Source of the DNA: a virus
Length of the DNA: 15,494 bases
Strand: one strand, 5' to 3'
Virus genome (UHGV): UHGV-0123274
Shown here: piece by piece, positions 14,838 through 15,494 of the stretch
Layout: each line of letters opens with the position of its first letter
Numbering within the stretch: position 1 is the first letter of the stretch
Notes under the pieces: generated by a model
Told to the model about the DNA's origin: nothing
Databases searched by the model: none
Seen by the model: only the letters and a program-made list of their open reading frames with translations
Position numbers and translations under genes: made by a program

Positions 14838-15433
14838 GCAACATCAACAAACAGGCGCTGCGTGGTCAGAGCGTCGAAGGTTCGTATTACCTGGCAGAAT
14901 GTGGTCATTGTGGCGAGATGTACCCAAGTAACAAGCTGGATGGAGGTGAGTCGCTATTTTCCGGCGATTACGGTGAATGCTTCTGCCACCTCTGTGGCGC
15001 TGATGATTCTGATATTGCAGATAACGGCGCGTGGGGTTCTGAGGCTGTAACAGCATGGAATTATCAGCAGAAGCGTATCGAAGCGCTGCTGGATGAGAAC
15101 TACAGGCTGACTGCGGAGCGTGATGCTCTGCGAGAAAACATAGGCGGTGACAACACCCGTGCAGCTGCTGATATTTACTTCCAACTGGTCGAGGAGTGCG
15201 AAATTCCTGCTGGCGGATCTCTGGTCGAATACGTTGATGATATGCGCGAGAAGCTGGAAGCCGCAGAGAAGCGCATTGCAGAACTGGAAGCACGGGAAAT
15301 ATCGCTCCCAGAACGTAGCAGCATGCTTCATCGAACAGATTTCCACGAGGATTACCAAACGGTAATGGCATACAAAGTTTCTGAAGTCATCGCTGCAATC
15401 CGCGCTGCAGGCATTCGCATCAAAGGAGAGTGA
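14834..15433 (+). CDS. Hypothetical protein, 199 aa, with N-terminal Cys/His cluster (putative zinc ribbon) and coiled-coil C-terminus
   Basis: ATGA coupling to upstream gene; CGHCG...CFCHLCG motif; preferred over the long antisense ORFs because of operon context. Confidence 0.7.
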   Translation: MSNINKQALRGQSVEGSYYLAECGHCGEMYPSNKLDGGESLFSGDYGECFCHLCGADDSDIADNGAWGSEAVTAWNYQQKRIEALLDENYRLTAERDALRENIGGDNTRAAADIYFQLVEECEIPAGGSLVEYVDDMREKLEAAEKRIAELEAREISLPERSSMLHRTDFHEDYQTVMAYKVSEVIAAIRAAGIRIKGE

Positions 15434-15439
15434 TATGAG

Positions 15440-15494
15440 CACTGGATGATATGGGCGCAGATAGCACATGCAGACGTAACCAATATTCGAATTG
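15440..15494. repeat. Right copy of the perfect 55-bp terminal inverted repeat
   Basis: Exact reverse complement of 1..55; begins 6 nt after the stop of the last plus-strand gene. Confidence 0.9.

Larger units (their letters stand above)
1..15494. mobile_element. Lambdoid prophage segment: immunity region, replication module, nin region, N/cIII early-left region, recombination and Ea-like accessory genes
   Basis: Gene order and divergent cI/cro arrangement match lambda synteny in reverse orientation; several products carry recognisable lambda-family motifs (cII, NinB, NinE, cIII, RecT, S24 repressor). No integrase or att site seen. Confidence 0.85.

Noticed and set aside
14844-15469. Long minus-strand ORFs 14844..15371 and 14954..15469, plus short plus-strand ORFs 14862..15050 and 15147..15365
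   Set aside because: They overlap the 199-aa plus-strand gene, which is ATGA-coupled to its upstream neighbour; 14954..15469 would start inside the terminal repeat. A minus-strand gene here cannot be fully excluded without conservation data.
1-15494. Search for tRNA, rRNA, CRISPR arrays, integrase and att sites
   Set aside because: No cloverleaf-compatible tRNA, no regularly spaced direct repeats, no tyrosine or serine recombinase ORF; the only ttcgaat-like motif lies in the terminal repeat without tRNA context.

Overview
This window reads as the immunity and early region of a lambdoid (lambda-like) prophage from an enterobacterial host, in inverted orientation relative to the standard lambda map. 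Minus strand (lambda rightward operon): pR, cro, nutR, cII, a 48-aa ORF, O-like initiator with an iteron origin, DnaB-type helicase, tR2-like terminator, ninB, HNH endonuclease, Dam-family methyltransferase, ninE and three unknown genes. Plus strand (leftward operon): cI, a two-gene AT-rich cassette, tImm-like terminator, oL/pL, nutL, N, a small-gene accessory cluster, cIII, RecT, and a chain of unknown genes. The most interesting feature is the two-gene cassette at 7109..8517, which sits exactly where lambda carries rexA-rexB. It encodes a minimal nucleotidyltransferase-fold protein and an unassignable 310-aa partner, and is a candidate toxin-antitoxin, abortive-infection or exclusion module. 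The window is also bounded by a perfect 55-bp inverted repeat at its two extreme ends. No rRNA, tRNA, CRISPR array, integrase or structural genes were seen. All calls rest on reading the sequence and ORF track plus recalled family motifs and recalled lambda sequence; no database search was run.
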